A DNA stretch of 64,000 bases, taken from IMG/VR virus record IMGVR_UViG_3300014208_000002, positions 1-64,000 of that record, one strand, 5' to 3'. The notes beneath the pieces are model-generated. The model ran no database searches. It was not told the origin of the DNA and saw nothing but the letters and a program-made list of their open reading frames with translations. Origin of the DNA: a virus. Its lineage: Duplodnaviria; Caudoviricetes. A program made the position numbers and the translations under genes. Below, piece by piece: positions 46,534 to 55,740 of this stretch (position 1 is the first letter of the stretch; each line of letters starts with the position of its first letter).

Positions 46534-47097
46534 ATGGGTTTTAGATTATCAAAAGAAGGATCAAAAAGATTTCCTTTGGGTGCAGAAATAGAAGGAATCT
46601 ATGGAAAAATAGACAAACTCATTTATGATGCTCAAGAAGAAACTTGGCAAGCAACTGTCATTTATTATATAAACGAACAAGCGGCAGAGAGAGCAAGGTT
46701 AATAAATTATTTAAGACAAACTTTTTTGGACTATTCAAAACCAAATAATAATCTACCTTTAGGATATGAGTTTATCCTGCGTCCTAAAAAATATTCTATA
46801 AATGAATGGGCTTTAATAATACAAACTGCTAACTCCCCTCTTCCAGCATCTATTTTTTCTTTTAAATACGGAGTATTAACAAAAATAATCGGTCCTATTG
46901 AATTAAAAAAAGCAAATGTTGTGGGAAAAATTTACAAAGACTTTATGGAACAATGCGAACCGGGGTCAGAATCTATATTAGAAGATCGGCCTATGGAGGG
47001 GATAAATGGTGTTCTAACGGAGCTTCTTCTCACTGTAAAAAAAGACAAACCAGTAAAAGAAGAGACAAATATTACTACTAATATAACGAACGGATAA
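46534..47097 (+). CDS. hypothetical protein
   Basis: 187-aa ORF with AAGGAG RBS. Confidence 0.7.
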   Translation: MGFRLSKEGSKRFPLGAEIEGIYGKIDKLIYDAQEETWQATVIYYINEQAAERARLINYLRQTFLDYSKPNNNLPLGYEFILRPKKYSINEWALIIQTANSPLPASIFSFKYGVLTKIIGPIELKKANVVGKIYKDFMEQCEPGSESILEDRPMEGINGVLTELLLTVKKDKPVKEETNITTNITNG

Positions 47098-47124
47098 AGA
47101 CTTTAATATATAAGGGGTTAATAA

Positions 47125-47508
47125 ATGAAGGTGTTTATTGGAGACATTGTAGGTGCTAAAGATGTATTCGCAAAGCTTATTCAGCTTGAATTTGGTGCAA
47201 AGACCGCACTAAAACTCATGCTCATTACCAATGAAATGCAACGGTATTTAGAGTCTTATGAAAAGACAAGAATCTCTCTTGTAAAGAAGTATGGACAAGA
47301 GGATGAAGCGGGACAGATTATTGTCAAGGCAGGAACAGAAGAATATGGAAAGTTCATTGATGAAATCAATTCTATCTCTACTGAAGCAGTTGAATTAAAT
47401 GTTCCTGAATTGACTCAAGATGAGTTGACAAAAGATGATTCTATTAAGTTCTCTGCGCTTGACCTGTTAAAGATTATGCCATTCTTGAAAAAGGATGATA
47501 CAATTTAA
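47125..47508 (+). CDS. conserved helical phage protein (DUF1617-like)
   Basis: LKLMLITNEMQRYLESYEKTRISLVKKYGQEDEAGQI pattern. Confidence 0.55.
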   Translation: MKVFIGDIVGAKDVFAKLIQLEFGAKTALKLMLITNEMQRYLESYEKTRISLVKKYGQEDEAGQIIVKAGTEEYGKFIDEINSISTEAVELNVPELTQDELTKDDSIKFSALDLLKIMPFLKKDDTI

Positions 47509-47600
47509 AAATGTGGTTTAATTTATTTAATAATAATGTAAAAAAGTTTTTTTTCTTTCCAAAGATTAAATTAGAAAATAAAAAGGAGGAGGAAGTTATT

Positions 47601-48209
47601 ATGGAAAATACATTATCTTTTGATTCTCTTCCTGTTATTGATGATTTTCTAACAATAAATAAATATAGTAGACCCGGTAGAAAGCGTCCTGAGACTCTTG
47701 CTGTTGTACTTCATTGGACAGCGAATCCAAACGCAAGTGCAAAAGCTAACCGTGACTTTTTTGAAAGTAAAAAAGATGGAAAAACAAGTTATGGTTCTAC
47801 AGAGTATATTGTAGGGTTAAAAGGTGAAATTATTCGATGTATGCCTGATGAAGAAATTTCATATAATTGTGGAACCTCTTCTGTCGATCCTATATCTGGA
47901 AAGATTTATACTGATTATGCAAGAGAAAAGTTTGGAAAGTATGTTTTAAGACCGGATATAGAATCTCCAAATAGCTGTACTGTAGCAATTGAAATGTGTC
48001 CTATTGATTGGAAAGGAAATTTTAAACCTGAAACATGGGAAAGTACAAAGAAGTTAGTTGTTTGTCTATTAAAAAAATATAATCTAGGTTTGAATGATAT
48101 TACTACGCACGAAAAAATTGTAGGATATAAGTTCTGTCCTCAATTATTTCACGATCATCCTGAAGAATTTGATAGGTTTGTAAAAGAAGTCGGAGAACTT
48201 CTTGTATAG
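47601..48209 (+). CDS. N-acetylmuramoyl-L-alanine amidase (Amidase_2), endolysin
   Basis: VVLHWTAN, STEYIVG, VAIEMC, ITTHEKIVGYKFCP; strong GGAGGAGG RBS favours ATG 47601 over 47511. Confidence 0.85.
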   Translation: MENTLSFDSLPVIDDFLTINKYSRPGRKRPETLAVVLHWTANPNASAKANRDFFESKKDGKTSYGSTEYIVGLKGEIIRCMPDEEISYNCGTSSVDPISGKIYTDYAREKFGKYVLRPDIESPNSCTVAIEMCPIDWKGNFKPETWESTKKLVVCLLKKYNLGLNDITTHEKIVGYKFCPQLFHDHPEEFDRFVKEVGELLV

Positions 48210-48218
48210 GAGATTTTT

Positions 48219-48554
48219 ATGTCTACTTCACTAAGACTTAGAACGCATGTTCTCACAACTTCTGATACAGTAAATGGTCACCTTGTCACACCTCTACTTT
48301 TTGATGCGGATTTTACTGCAACACGATATAGATTTAAGACTTTAACTCTTTCTTGCATGACCGCTCCTGCTACTCGCATCTATGTAAAAGGTGCTTTGAC
48401 AGACCCTTGGGTAGAAGTAACACAACTTCTTGCGAACGGAGCGGCTGGATGGATAATCTACGCAATAGATCAAATTTATATTAAAACAAATAGTGCCACA
48501 GGAACAATCGGATTAGTTGCGTATATTTCCGATGCTCAAGGCTCTGGATATTAG
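48219..48554 (+). CDS. hypothetical beta-rich protein, paralog 1
   Basis: 111 aa, colinear with 48564..48896. Confidence 0.7.
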   Translation: MSTSLRLRTHVLTTSDTVNGHLVTPLLFDADFTATRYRFKTLTLSCMTAPATRIYVKGALTDPWVEVTQLLANGAAGWIIYAIDQIYIKTNSATGTIGLVAYISDAQGSGY

Positions 48555-48563
48555 GAGATTATC

Positions 48564-48896
48564 ATGGCATCAGCTATAAGGTTTAGGACTCTTGTACTCA
48601 CTACAGATGACAACACAGACGGGGTACTTGTAACTCCAACACTCTTTGATGCTACTTTTTTAGCAGGGCAACACCGCTTTCGGAGTATAACTTTTGCGAC
48701 CCTTACTACTGCAACAACTCTTTCCATGAAAGGTGATGTAGCAGACGATTGGGTAGATATTACTGAGCTTCTTACTAATGGGGCGGCAACTTGGCTTGTA
48801 AATGGGATTGATAGTTTCTATATAAAATCAAATAACCTAGCCGGAACTATAGGCATTATAGCCTATGTCACTGACGCTAGGCAAAGTGGGTATTAA
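48564..48896 (+). CDS. hypothetical beta-rich protein, paralog 2
   Basis: 110 aa; shares RxRTxVLTT, LVTPxLFDA, LxNGAA, GTIGxxAYxxDAxxSGY. Confidence 0.7.
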   Translation: MASAIRFRTLVLTTDDNTDGVLVTPTLFDATFLAGQHRFRSITFATLTTATTLSMKGDVADDWVDITELLTNGAATWLVNGIDSFYIKSNNLAGTIGIIAYVTDARQSGY

Positions 48897-48916
48897 ATAA
48901 TAGTGGAGATAAACAA

Positions 48917-49267
48917 ATGGAAGGCGACGAAGTAAATACAAACGAAGAAACTTATGATAACCCTATTCCAATTCCACAATATCATATTGGAAAAACAGAG
49001 AAAAAGCCCACAAGCTTTTTAGATGATGGAGAAGGAAACGCCTCTTCGGGACGACTAATAAAAGTAATGGCGTTTATTCTTTCTTGTGTTGTAACAATTA
49101 CTGGGTTAACAATTGCAGGATTTTTACTATTTACTCCTAAGCCAATTGATACAACTTCTATGCTTATGGATGGCACTACCTTTGTTTCTCTTATTTTAGG
49201 TCTAGTTGGACTTCTTTCCTCTATAGCTCTTGGTGCAGAAATAACTCAGAAAATAACTAAGCAATAA
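48917..49267 (+). CDS. holin-like membrane protein
   Basis: 116 aa with two hydrophobic helices, close to the amidase; SSGRLI precedes TM1. Confidence 0.55.
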   Translation: MEGDEVNTNEETYDNPIPIPQYHIGKTEKKPTSFLDDGEGNASSGRLIKVMAFILSCVVTITGLTIAGFLLFTPKPIDTTSMLMDGTTFVSLILGLVGLLSSIALGAEITQKITKQ

Positions 49268-49281
49268 TTTGCAGTCTTCCC

Positions 49282-49289
49282 TACTAATA
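49282..49289 (+). promoter_or_regulatory. candidate late promoter (C)TACTAATA
   Basis: Intergenic motif copy before TTG 49313. Confidence 0.6.
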
Positions 49290-49312
49290 CATTATATAAA
49301 AGTTTCTCAATT

Positions 49313-50185
49313 TTGGGGGATACTGTGTTTTCAAACTTCAACTGGTGGCAATTAGCAATAACTTTTTCTGTAATTACTCTTTGTATAATAAGTATAATTA
49401 TTGCATTAAAAAAAACAAAAACTTCTGTAAAGGTAGAAGACAGTAAGGGAAATAAAATTCAAGTAGGGGATAACTCTGATCCTCAGAAACCTACTATTGA
49501 AGCCGTTACCACTTTTGAACCCGTTCCTGAAAAAGAAGAATCTTTTATTCCAGCACAAGAAGAAATAGCGCATTTGATTCCTTATTGCGATCAAACACTT
49601 CTCGCTCTTGTAATAAAAAAATCAATTCTCTTTGGTAATAAACAAACAGAAATTTCCATGGTGCTAAAAGTTCAAGATCAAATGAACTCTGCCCAAATAA
49701 AAATAAACCTATTTAAGGGACACCTAATGAAGGTTTATCAAGATTTAATTATAGAGAAGAAAGGCAACAATGCTAATCTTTTACATGACACAGCATATAT
49801 AATTTTTTCCAGTGTAGTTCATAATCAAGCGGAACAAATACTATTAAATTTAAAACAACGATTTAGAGAAAATCATTTTACAGATAAACATGAAGAAGAA
49901 TTTGAAGAATATGTAGAAGGTTATATTTCTTTTTATATGGATGACTGGTATAGTGCTTTATCTACATTTTATCCCGCCGCTCTTGATCCATCCCGAGAAG
50001 AAATTCGTAATACTATAACAAGAAATGATGATAATATATTACGAGAATTTTTAAGAGATTGTTTTTTTCAAGCAAGAACAATCTCTATGCGTAACAAAAC
50101 TGCATTACAGCTTATGGAAGCCAAATTTGATAAAGATATTGAAGACATTATTAAAGCACATGAAACAAATAGGCTTAATATATAA
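49313..50185 (+). CDS. N-terminally anchored membrane protein (second holin/lysis-accessory candidate)
   Basis: One N-terminal TM segment, then a soluble helical domain. Confidence 0.55.
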   Translation: MGDTVFSNFNWWQLAITFSVITLCIISIIIALKKTKTSVKVEDSKGNKIQVGDNSDPQKPTIEAVTTFEPVPEKEESFIPAQEEIAHLIPYCDQTLLALVIKKSILFGNKQTEISMVLKVQDQMNSAQIKINLFKGHLMKVYQDLIIEKKGNNANLLHDTAYIIFSSVVHNQAEQILLNLKQRFRENHFTDKHEEEFEEYVEGYISFYMDDWYSALSTFYPAALDPSREEIRNTITRNDDNILREFLRDCFFQARTISMRNKTALQLMEAKFDKDIEDIIKAHETNRLNI

Positions 50186-50819
50186 TTTTCTTTACATACT
50201 CATATGTTCTCTCTGGTATTTGATTATTCTTTACAGCATTGTATCCACAGTTATAAGCCATAAATGCTTCAGGCCAATTACCAAATGTTTCGTATAAATC
50301 TTCAATATAATTCATACTTACTTGAAGATTATGTTGCCAATTAAATACATCAAAAACTTCTCCTTCGTATGAAGGAATAAAAAAGAGTAAAGCTAAATCT
50401 TTTTCATATTTTGAGTTTATCTGTCCAAGCCCTCTATCATAGGAAACTATTTTTCCTTTATAATAATTTTTTCCAACTGCCCACCAACGCCAACGAGATT
50501 CATTCCATATCATACGATAATAATAGGTAATGGGAATATTTCTTTTAACACAATTTTCATATACATAGTCTCTATATTCTTCAGGTACTAAAGTAAGATA
50601 GTAAGCATCCTGAAGGCTTATAGTAAGGGCAGGGCTTCTTGAGACATTTTTATTAGAAGGAGGAAAAACAGCACTGGAGAATATAAAAATAGAAAAAATA
50701 GGGAGAAACAAAAAAAAGAGCATTGTCTTTCGTCTTGTTTTCTTTTTTTGAATCATTATCTCCTGTTTCTTTCTGTGGCTATAGATAAAATCTTCTATAC
50801 CCTTATGATTAGTCTTCAT
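50175..50819 (-). CDS. membrane-anchored lytic transglycosylase (SLT family)
   Basis: TM FFLFLPIFSIFIF; IWNESRW catalytic ES, GLGQIN, AFMAYNCG, TYEYVKKI. Confidence 0.85.
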   Translation of the reverse strand: MKTNHKGIEDFIYSHRKKQEIMIQKKKTRRKTMLFFLFLPIFSIFIFSSAVFPPSNKNVSRSPALTISLQDAYYLTLVPEEYRDYVYENCVKRNIPITYYYRMIWNESRWRWWAVGKNYYKGKIVSYDRGLGQINSKYEKDLALLFFIPSYEGEVFDVFNWQHNLQVSMNYIEDLYETFGNWPEAFMAYNCGYNAVKNNQIPERTYEYVKKIIY

Positions 50820-50928
50820 GGAAAACTCCTTTAGATAGACTAATTTTTAAATATTGGGGATAGGCTTTGGTTGTAGGTAGGAAATATCCTATATACAATT
50901 AGTACCTCTTTTTCATAAAAGCTAAATA

Positions 50929-50957
50929 AAATAGGGGGAATTATCTTCCCCCTATTT
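50929..50957 (-). terminator. intrinsic terminator after rIIB (possibly bidirectional)
   Basis: AAATAGGGGGAA-ttatc-TTCCCCCTATTT perfect 12-bp inverted repeat with A/T tails. Confidence 0.8.
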
Positions 50958-50979
50958 CTTATCTAACCTTTGATTTTAA

Positions 50980-51933
50980 TTAACAGGACAGACCATTATG
51001 GCTATCTTCCCTATCAGGACAATCGGGGGCATCACAATCTCCACATGATCCCATACAATCGTCATCATCATCATCGTCGTCAAAATCATCATCCCTGTCC
51101 GAGCAATCATAGTCATCACAGTCCGGGCAACAGCCAGGGCAGGAGTTGTCTTCTCCATCTACTTCATCTTCCTCATCCTCTGGCGAAGAATAAGAATTAG
51201 GTGCATACTTGGAAGGAATACTGTAATCAGCAACTTCCATAATTACTTCATAAGCGCACACCCTCATCTTCGTAAAGTTGCACTCCTCGGGGACAGAAAC
51301 TACATCCTCGGGATTTACCTTCACCACGATAAGACGGTTTCCATCGCCTGAGCCATAGCCAGACTCATTGTAGTATTCCTTGGATGCGACATGATAGCCC
51401 TTAGAACACCCTACCCGAAAATCATCATCTACCTTATTGCGAGACATTCGGGGCTTGGCTCCAATAACATTGGAGACTGTACCGGAGTATAAATCCATCC
51501 AATCCTCACGAACCTTCTTGTATGCCAAGAAATAACCGTCCTCAGTAATGGGGAGATTACACTTTTCCAAGAAAGTATAAAGCTCCTCCACCGAGCGGCG
51601 GGAGGGATTCTTTTCCAGGTTTACAAGGAAGTTTTCAATGGGGGATAGATCAATTCCTTCATCTGCCATGAAGAGAATTCTATCTACAATTGGCCCTTCA
51701 CACTTGTACCCATTGAAGAAAACTTCTCCATACTGAATTTCGATTTTCCCGTGCGCCCTCTTAATAAGCGCCTGAGCCTTATCTACAATATCATAGATGA
51801 AATCTTCATCTTGATTGTTTTTTATTGCCTCCTTAATGTCCTCGTACTCCGGGGAATCCTTACGGATATTGTACATCTTTCCCTTGAGCATGACATTCAA
51901 GGAATCCTGCAAGAACATGAACGGTACTGCCAT
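50980..51933 (-). CDS. rIIB: rIIB-like protein with Asp/Cys-rich C-terminal tail
   Basis: FLVNLEKNPSRRSVEELYTFL, LPITEDGYFLAYKKV, CSKGYHV, VKVNPEDVVSVP...KMRVCAYEV; next to rIIA. Confidence 0.9.
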   Translation of the reverse strand: MAVPFMFLQDSLNVMLKGKMYNIRKDSPEYEDIKEAIKNNQDEDFIYDIVDKAQALIKRAHGKIEIQYGEVFFNGYKCEGPIVDRILFMADEGIDLSPIENFLVNLEKNPSRRSVEELYTFLEKCNLPITEDGYFLAYKKVREDWMDLYSGTVSNVIGAKPRMSRNKVDDDFRVGCSKGYHVASKEYYNESGYGSGDGNRLIVVKVNPEDVVSVPEECNFTKMRVCAYEVIMEVADYSIPSKYAPNSYSSPEDEEDEVDGEDNSCPGCCPDCDDYDCSDRDDDFDDDDDDDDCMGSCGDCDAPDCPDREDSHNGLSC

Positions 51934-51953
51934 AATGCGCTCCTTTCTTTACG

Positions 51954-54089
51954 CTATATAGAATGTTGATCCACAAAGTTAATATAGTCTACAAGTTCCT
52001 TATTTGCATTATTTATTTCCCAAGGCGATAAATAAGACAACATAGGGTAGCAATCTTTTAAAAGTTTTATATTATATTTTTTCTTCAAATTTATAGCAGA
52101 AAAAGGAATATCAATATAAAACATATTGCGAAGACTATCTAGCACTCTATTCTTTTTATCTATTATTTCTTCGTTTTTCTTAAAATCCTCCCATAAGGCT
52201 TTATAGGCTTCTATTGTAGCATATCCTTTGCCTTTTGTGTCAAGTTTTTTCTGAAGAGTAATAATTTCATCATTATAAGGAACTAAGTCAGAGCGATAAG
52301 ATTTCTTAAAGCATAGTGCTTCAAAATAGTCTGGTCTATTTTTTATCTCCTTCTCTACATATTTTTTCATATACTCTTGGAATTCTTGTAGGTGGGTTGC
52401 TTTTTGAAACTTCTTAGAATTAAGAATTGTATTTTTTGTAAAATGATAAATGACTAATTCTTCTGTTTGAGGAATTATTTTAAGTTCATCTAAAAAAGAG
52501 CAAACAAAATCTTTTATATTCTCAGTAGCGTTGGTAAGATAATATTTTATGTCATCTAATTGAGAAAGGTTAACCTCGGCATTTTCTGAGCCAAAGTCCC
52601 AAATATTCTTTTTATCATTATAAAAATAAGTATATTTGATTGCGGGCTGAGTAGTAGCACGGGCATATTTTACAACATTTCCCGTAGTATCTTTTAGAAC
52701 AATAGAAGAACAGTAGGTAACTGGGGGATTTCCTATGAGAGAAAGAAATATTTTCATATAAGCTTCATCAGTAAAAGCTAATATATTTACTCTTGATCCT
52801 TTGTCCGCCGCATATTGTTTCATTTTCTTGCTACAGAGAGAGGATTTTTCATCAAGATAAATATAATGTAAACCGTAGATTGGAACCTCTATTCCTTTAT
52901 CATGATAGGAAATATCTGCTTTGTGTCGAGTACTTTTCTTTGTGCATTTTTCTGTTGCCACATAGTATATGGTTTTTTCTTCATGCTCTGATTTTTTTAC
53001 CACTAAACGAAAATGAGAAAAATTACTATCAAACTTATAGTTGGGAACCAGAGTTTTAAATTCTTCAAAGAAAGGGTCCCTTGCATTCCAATGAAGAGTT
53101 CTAATTAACTCTAATCCAAAACATATTTTTTCATAATCAGTATCAAAATGAGTGGAGGTTATTTTTCCTATAAACTGATTCTTAAATTCATCAAATACTT
53201 TTTCACAAATCTTTACTATAGATTTTAATGCGGGAGCCGTCATGGAAATTTCTTCCCTAGAAGGAGTAACTTCAAATGTCCCAATAGGAACTGTGATCAA
53301 AAAATTATTGTTAATTATAAAGGTTGCTTTATTATTCTTTTGGAAAACCTCTGCTGATTTAACATCATAGTCAGTAAGAGGATAAGCAATATTTCCTTGA
53401 ATAAGAGTAGTTCCAATACTCGCACTATAAACCCAATTACCCCCTTTCATATCAGAAGAGGAGGTTATCTTTGGAATATCAAGATTAACCCCTACTACAA
53501 TTGGTTTCTTTTCAAAATACATAAATACTGATTTTGCTTCTTCTTTGAATGAATAAAAATCACTTTGACTAACATTGAAAGAAACCTCAAGACCATCTGC
53601 CTCTTTCGTTTCTTCAGAGGAAAGCCGCATTATTTGGGGTTCATGGGAAGCAGATAAGAAACAAGTATAATTTGATTTCTTTCCCTTGAAATGAGAAACT
53701 ACATTGAAAGAGTCTGTATAGGAAAAAGGAGTCTTTGAACCAAGACCTAATGCTCCAATAAGATCATTGGAATTAGTTTTATTGGATTCAAAAAAAGTAG
53801 TATAAAGATTCATTACATCATCATCGGAAAGCCCAGTGCCAAAATCTTTTACAGAAAAGAAAGGTTCAAGGGAATTAGGCAAGTGAACAATGAAAGGTTC
53901 AGAATTATTTGCTATTACATGGGCGTCAATTGCATTACAGGATAATTCACGGATAATTGCTTTGATTTTATTTTTATAGAGATTAGAGGTAAGAATCTTA
54001 AATGCTTTCCCAGTAGTTTTTATCCTAAAGGTGGTAGGAGTAGCATCAATGTTTGATTCAAACTCTCGGGTATTTTCGTGCAATATCAT
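51954..54089 (-). CDS. rIIA: rIIA-like protein (GHKL/HSP90-type ATPase N-terminus)
   Basis: IIRELSCNAIDAH, FSVKDFGTGLS, GALGLGSKTPFSYTDSF. Confidence 0.9.
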   Translation of the reverse strand: MILHENTREFESNIDATPTTFRIKTTGKAFKILTSNLYKNKIKAIIRELSCNAIDAHVIANNSEPFIVHLPNSLEPFFSVKDFGTGLSDDDVMNLYTTFFESNKTNSNDLIGALGLGSKTPFSYTDSFNVVSHFKGKKSNYTCFLSASHEPQIMRLSSEETKEADGLEVSFNVSQSDFYSFKEEAKSVFMYFEKKPIVVGVNLDIPKITSSSDMKGGNWVYSASIGTTLIQGNIAYPLTDYDVKSAEVFQKNNKATFIINNNFLITVPIGTFEVTPSREEISMTAPALKSIVKICEKVFDEFKNQFIGKITSTHFDTDYEKICFGLELIRTLHWNARDPFFEEFKTLVPNYKFDSNFSHFRLVVKKSEHEEKTIYYVATEKCTKKSTRHKADISYHDKGIEVPIYGLHYIYLDEKSSLCSKKMKQYAADKGSRVNILAFTDEAYMKIFLSLIGNPPVTYCSSIVLKDTTGNVVKYARATTQPAIKYTYFYNDKKNIWDFGSENAEVNLSQLDDIKYYLTNATENIKDFVCSFLDELKIIPQTEELVIYHFTKNTILNSKKFQKATHLQEFQEYMKKYVEKEIKNRPDYFEALCFKKSYRSDLVPYNDEIITLQKKLDTKGKGYATIEAYKALWEDFKKNEEIIDKKNRVLDSLRNMFYIDIPFSAINLKKKYNIKLLKDCYPMLSYLSPWEINNANKELVDYINFVDQHSI

Positions 54090-54262
54090 CTATTATTCCT
54101 TCTCTCAATTTTTTCTTCTATTCTAGCAAGAACTTCCTCTTGCTTTTCCGATAATTCTCTACCATTTAAAGCCCATTCATGTATTGATTGGAGAAAGTCA
54201 TCTTCCCATTCAGAGGTATAGACAGAGTTTATACAGTTTTCAATTCTATCTAAATCATCCAT
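54086..54262 (-). CDS. 58-aa hypothetical protein missed by the ORF track
   Basis: MDDLDRIENC...SEWEDDFLQSI...LSEKQEEVLARIEEKIERRNNR; GAGGA RBS; ATGA overlap with rIIA. Confidence 0.7.
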   Translation of the reverse strand: MDDLDRIENCINSVYTSEWEDDFLQSIHEWALNGRELSEKQEEVLARIEEKIERRNNR

Positions 54263-54288
54263 TTCATCCTCTTAAAAATAAATTTTAA

Positions 54289-54306
54289 GGGGGAATTTCT
54301 TCCCCC
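54289..54306 (-). terminator. intrinsic terminator
   Basis: Minus-strand GGGGGAA-GAAA-TTCCCCC (GNRA loop) followed by a T-rich tract. Confidence 0.65.
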
Positions 54307-54317
54307 ATTACTATGTC

Positions 54318-54605
54318 TTAATAGTTTTCCGTGTCAATGATAGGCTCTACTGGAAGGAAATCCTCCAAACGGCTGTTGACTGTATGGAAGAACTTCCGAA
54401 TATACTTGGGAATCCAGATCGTGTTCCTGACCGGGATTTCAAGGTCAGTGTAATTGAAATGAAGGTTATAAACCCTCACCCCTTCGTCATTCTTGTGAAT
54501 GCTCTTACGGTTGACCCACAGGGCCTTACCGTTCAAGTCCTCGAACCAAGACCCCTCTTTGGCTCCCACAACGAGTACCTTACGCCTACGGCTAATATGG
54601 AACAT
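54318..54605 (-). CDS. 95-aa early hypothetical protein (likely start MFHISRR)
   Basis: GGAGG RBS before ATG 54605; the longer ORF call to 54659 runs through the promoter. Confidence 0.7.
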   Translation of the reverse strand: MFHISRRRKVLVVGAKEGSWFEDLNGKALWVNRKSIHKNDEGVRVYNLHFNYTDLEIPVRNTIWIPKYIRKFFHTVNSRLEDFLPVEPIIDTENY

Positions 54606-54630
54606 ATTTGTCCTCCCTGTCCTATAATTA

Positions 54631-54659
54631 AGTATACCCGAAGAAATGCTCCCTGTCAA
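54631..54659 (-). promoter_or_regulatory. sigma70-type early promoter
   Basis: TTGACA-17 nt-TATACT on the minus strand. Confidence 0.85.
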
Positions 54660-54672
54660 GAAATATTTATGA

Positions 54673-55740
54673 TTATTTATCTAAAGAATTAAGGAAAACT
54701 TTTCCTGGGGATATTTCATCTTTTCTGTCAAAAGGATCAACTTTGTCATAATTGTAGTCATTATAAGGAATTACATTCAATAAAAAATTATCTATTTCTT
54801 CGGCTGTAAAATCTCCAAGGTCAAGAGCCTTACCTTTATCATTTAAAATATATGGAAGTTTGCAGATAAATAGAGAGTCCTTATTTAGCCCTTTAATTAT
54901 TGTTTCTATTGCTCTCTCCCCCGCATCATCATTATCAGGAAAATAAATTATCTCTTTGAATTTTTTAAGTATTGATATTTGTTTAGCAGAGACGCTTGCC
55001 CCAAAAGTACAAGATATATTCCTTCGCCCAGTATTGAAAAGGGAAGGAAGATGAAATACACCTTCTGCAAGGTATAAGGGTTCATCAGGATTTAAATTAT
55101 CAATGTTTAATAAAGTATCTACACAGCTATTTTTTGGATAAAGGACTTTTGGACTTCCTCCATTATAACTTCGTCCCTCAAGCCCTACCAACACTTTGTT
55201 TTCAATAATGGGAACAGTCAAACGATGATTAAAGAATGTTCCTCGCTCTTTAGAATCTTTTGGGCGGTTTATCTCGGCTTGAATCGTATACTTAATCCCA
55301 TAGTAATCCAGAAATTCTCTCGATATCGGCTCTTTAGTATTACGACTCAATAAATAGTTCATGACCTCTTGATTGTCGTATGGGAGAAGTAATGCCCCAT
55401 CTATAGAATCAATTTTTCGTGATCGTATCTCTCCAAATACTCTTGGTTGCGATTTAGCCGTAAAAAATGAATAGGACTCTTGATTTATTCCATAATCCTT
55501 ATAAAAACTGCGCCCAGTCATTCTAAAATAAAGAGAAAAAATAGTTCCAGATTCCCCACAACCGAAACAATTAAAACGATATGGCTCCTCTGTTTCAATA
55601 TACCAAGAAGGAGTTTTTTCATCATGAAAAGGACAACGGGCTTTTAGTCGTCCAGCCATATTTTTAGCTTCTATACCAAGAGAGGCAACTATAGATGGAA
55701 CATCTATTAAAAAATTATCCATTAGATATATTTTATCCAC
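54673..55740 (-). CDS. dnaG: DnaG-type DNA primase (CHC2 zinc finger plus TOPRIM)
   Basis: CPFHDEKTPSW...FNCFGCG; YLAEGVFH; FPDNDDAG. Confidence 0.9.
   Translation of the reverse strand: MDKIYLMDNFLIDVPSIVASLGIEAKNMAGRLKARCPFHDEKTPSWYIETEEPYRFNCFGCGESGTIFSLYFRMTGRSFYKDYGINQESYSFFTAKSQPRVFGEIRSRKIDSIDGALLLPYDNQEVMNYLLSRNTKEPISREFLDYYGIKYTIQAEINRPKDSKERGTFFNHRLTVPIIENKVLVGLEGRSYNGGSPKVLYPKNSCVDTLLNIDNLNPDEPLYLAEGVFHLPSLFNTGRRNISCTFGASVSAKQISILKKFKEIIYFPDNDDAGERAIETIIKGLNKDSLFICKLPYILNDKGKALDLGDFTAEEIDNFLLNVIPYNDYNYDKVDPFDRKDEISPGKVFLNSLDK

Noticed and set aside
54606-54659. N-terminal extension MTGSISSGILNYRTGRTN of ORF 54318..54659
   Set aside because: The TTG is the -35 box of a consensus promoter; a GGAGG RBS supports ATG 54605.
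50970-54692. Plus-strand ORFs 50970..51200, 52793..53059 and 54384..54692, and minus-strand 50976..51158 and 51751..51969
   Set aside because: They overlap better-supported genes (rIIB, rIIA, the 95-aa gene) and mirror their low-complexity or GC-richer sequence.
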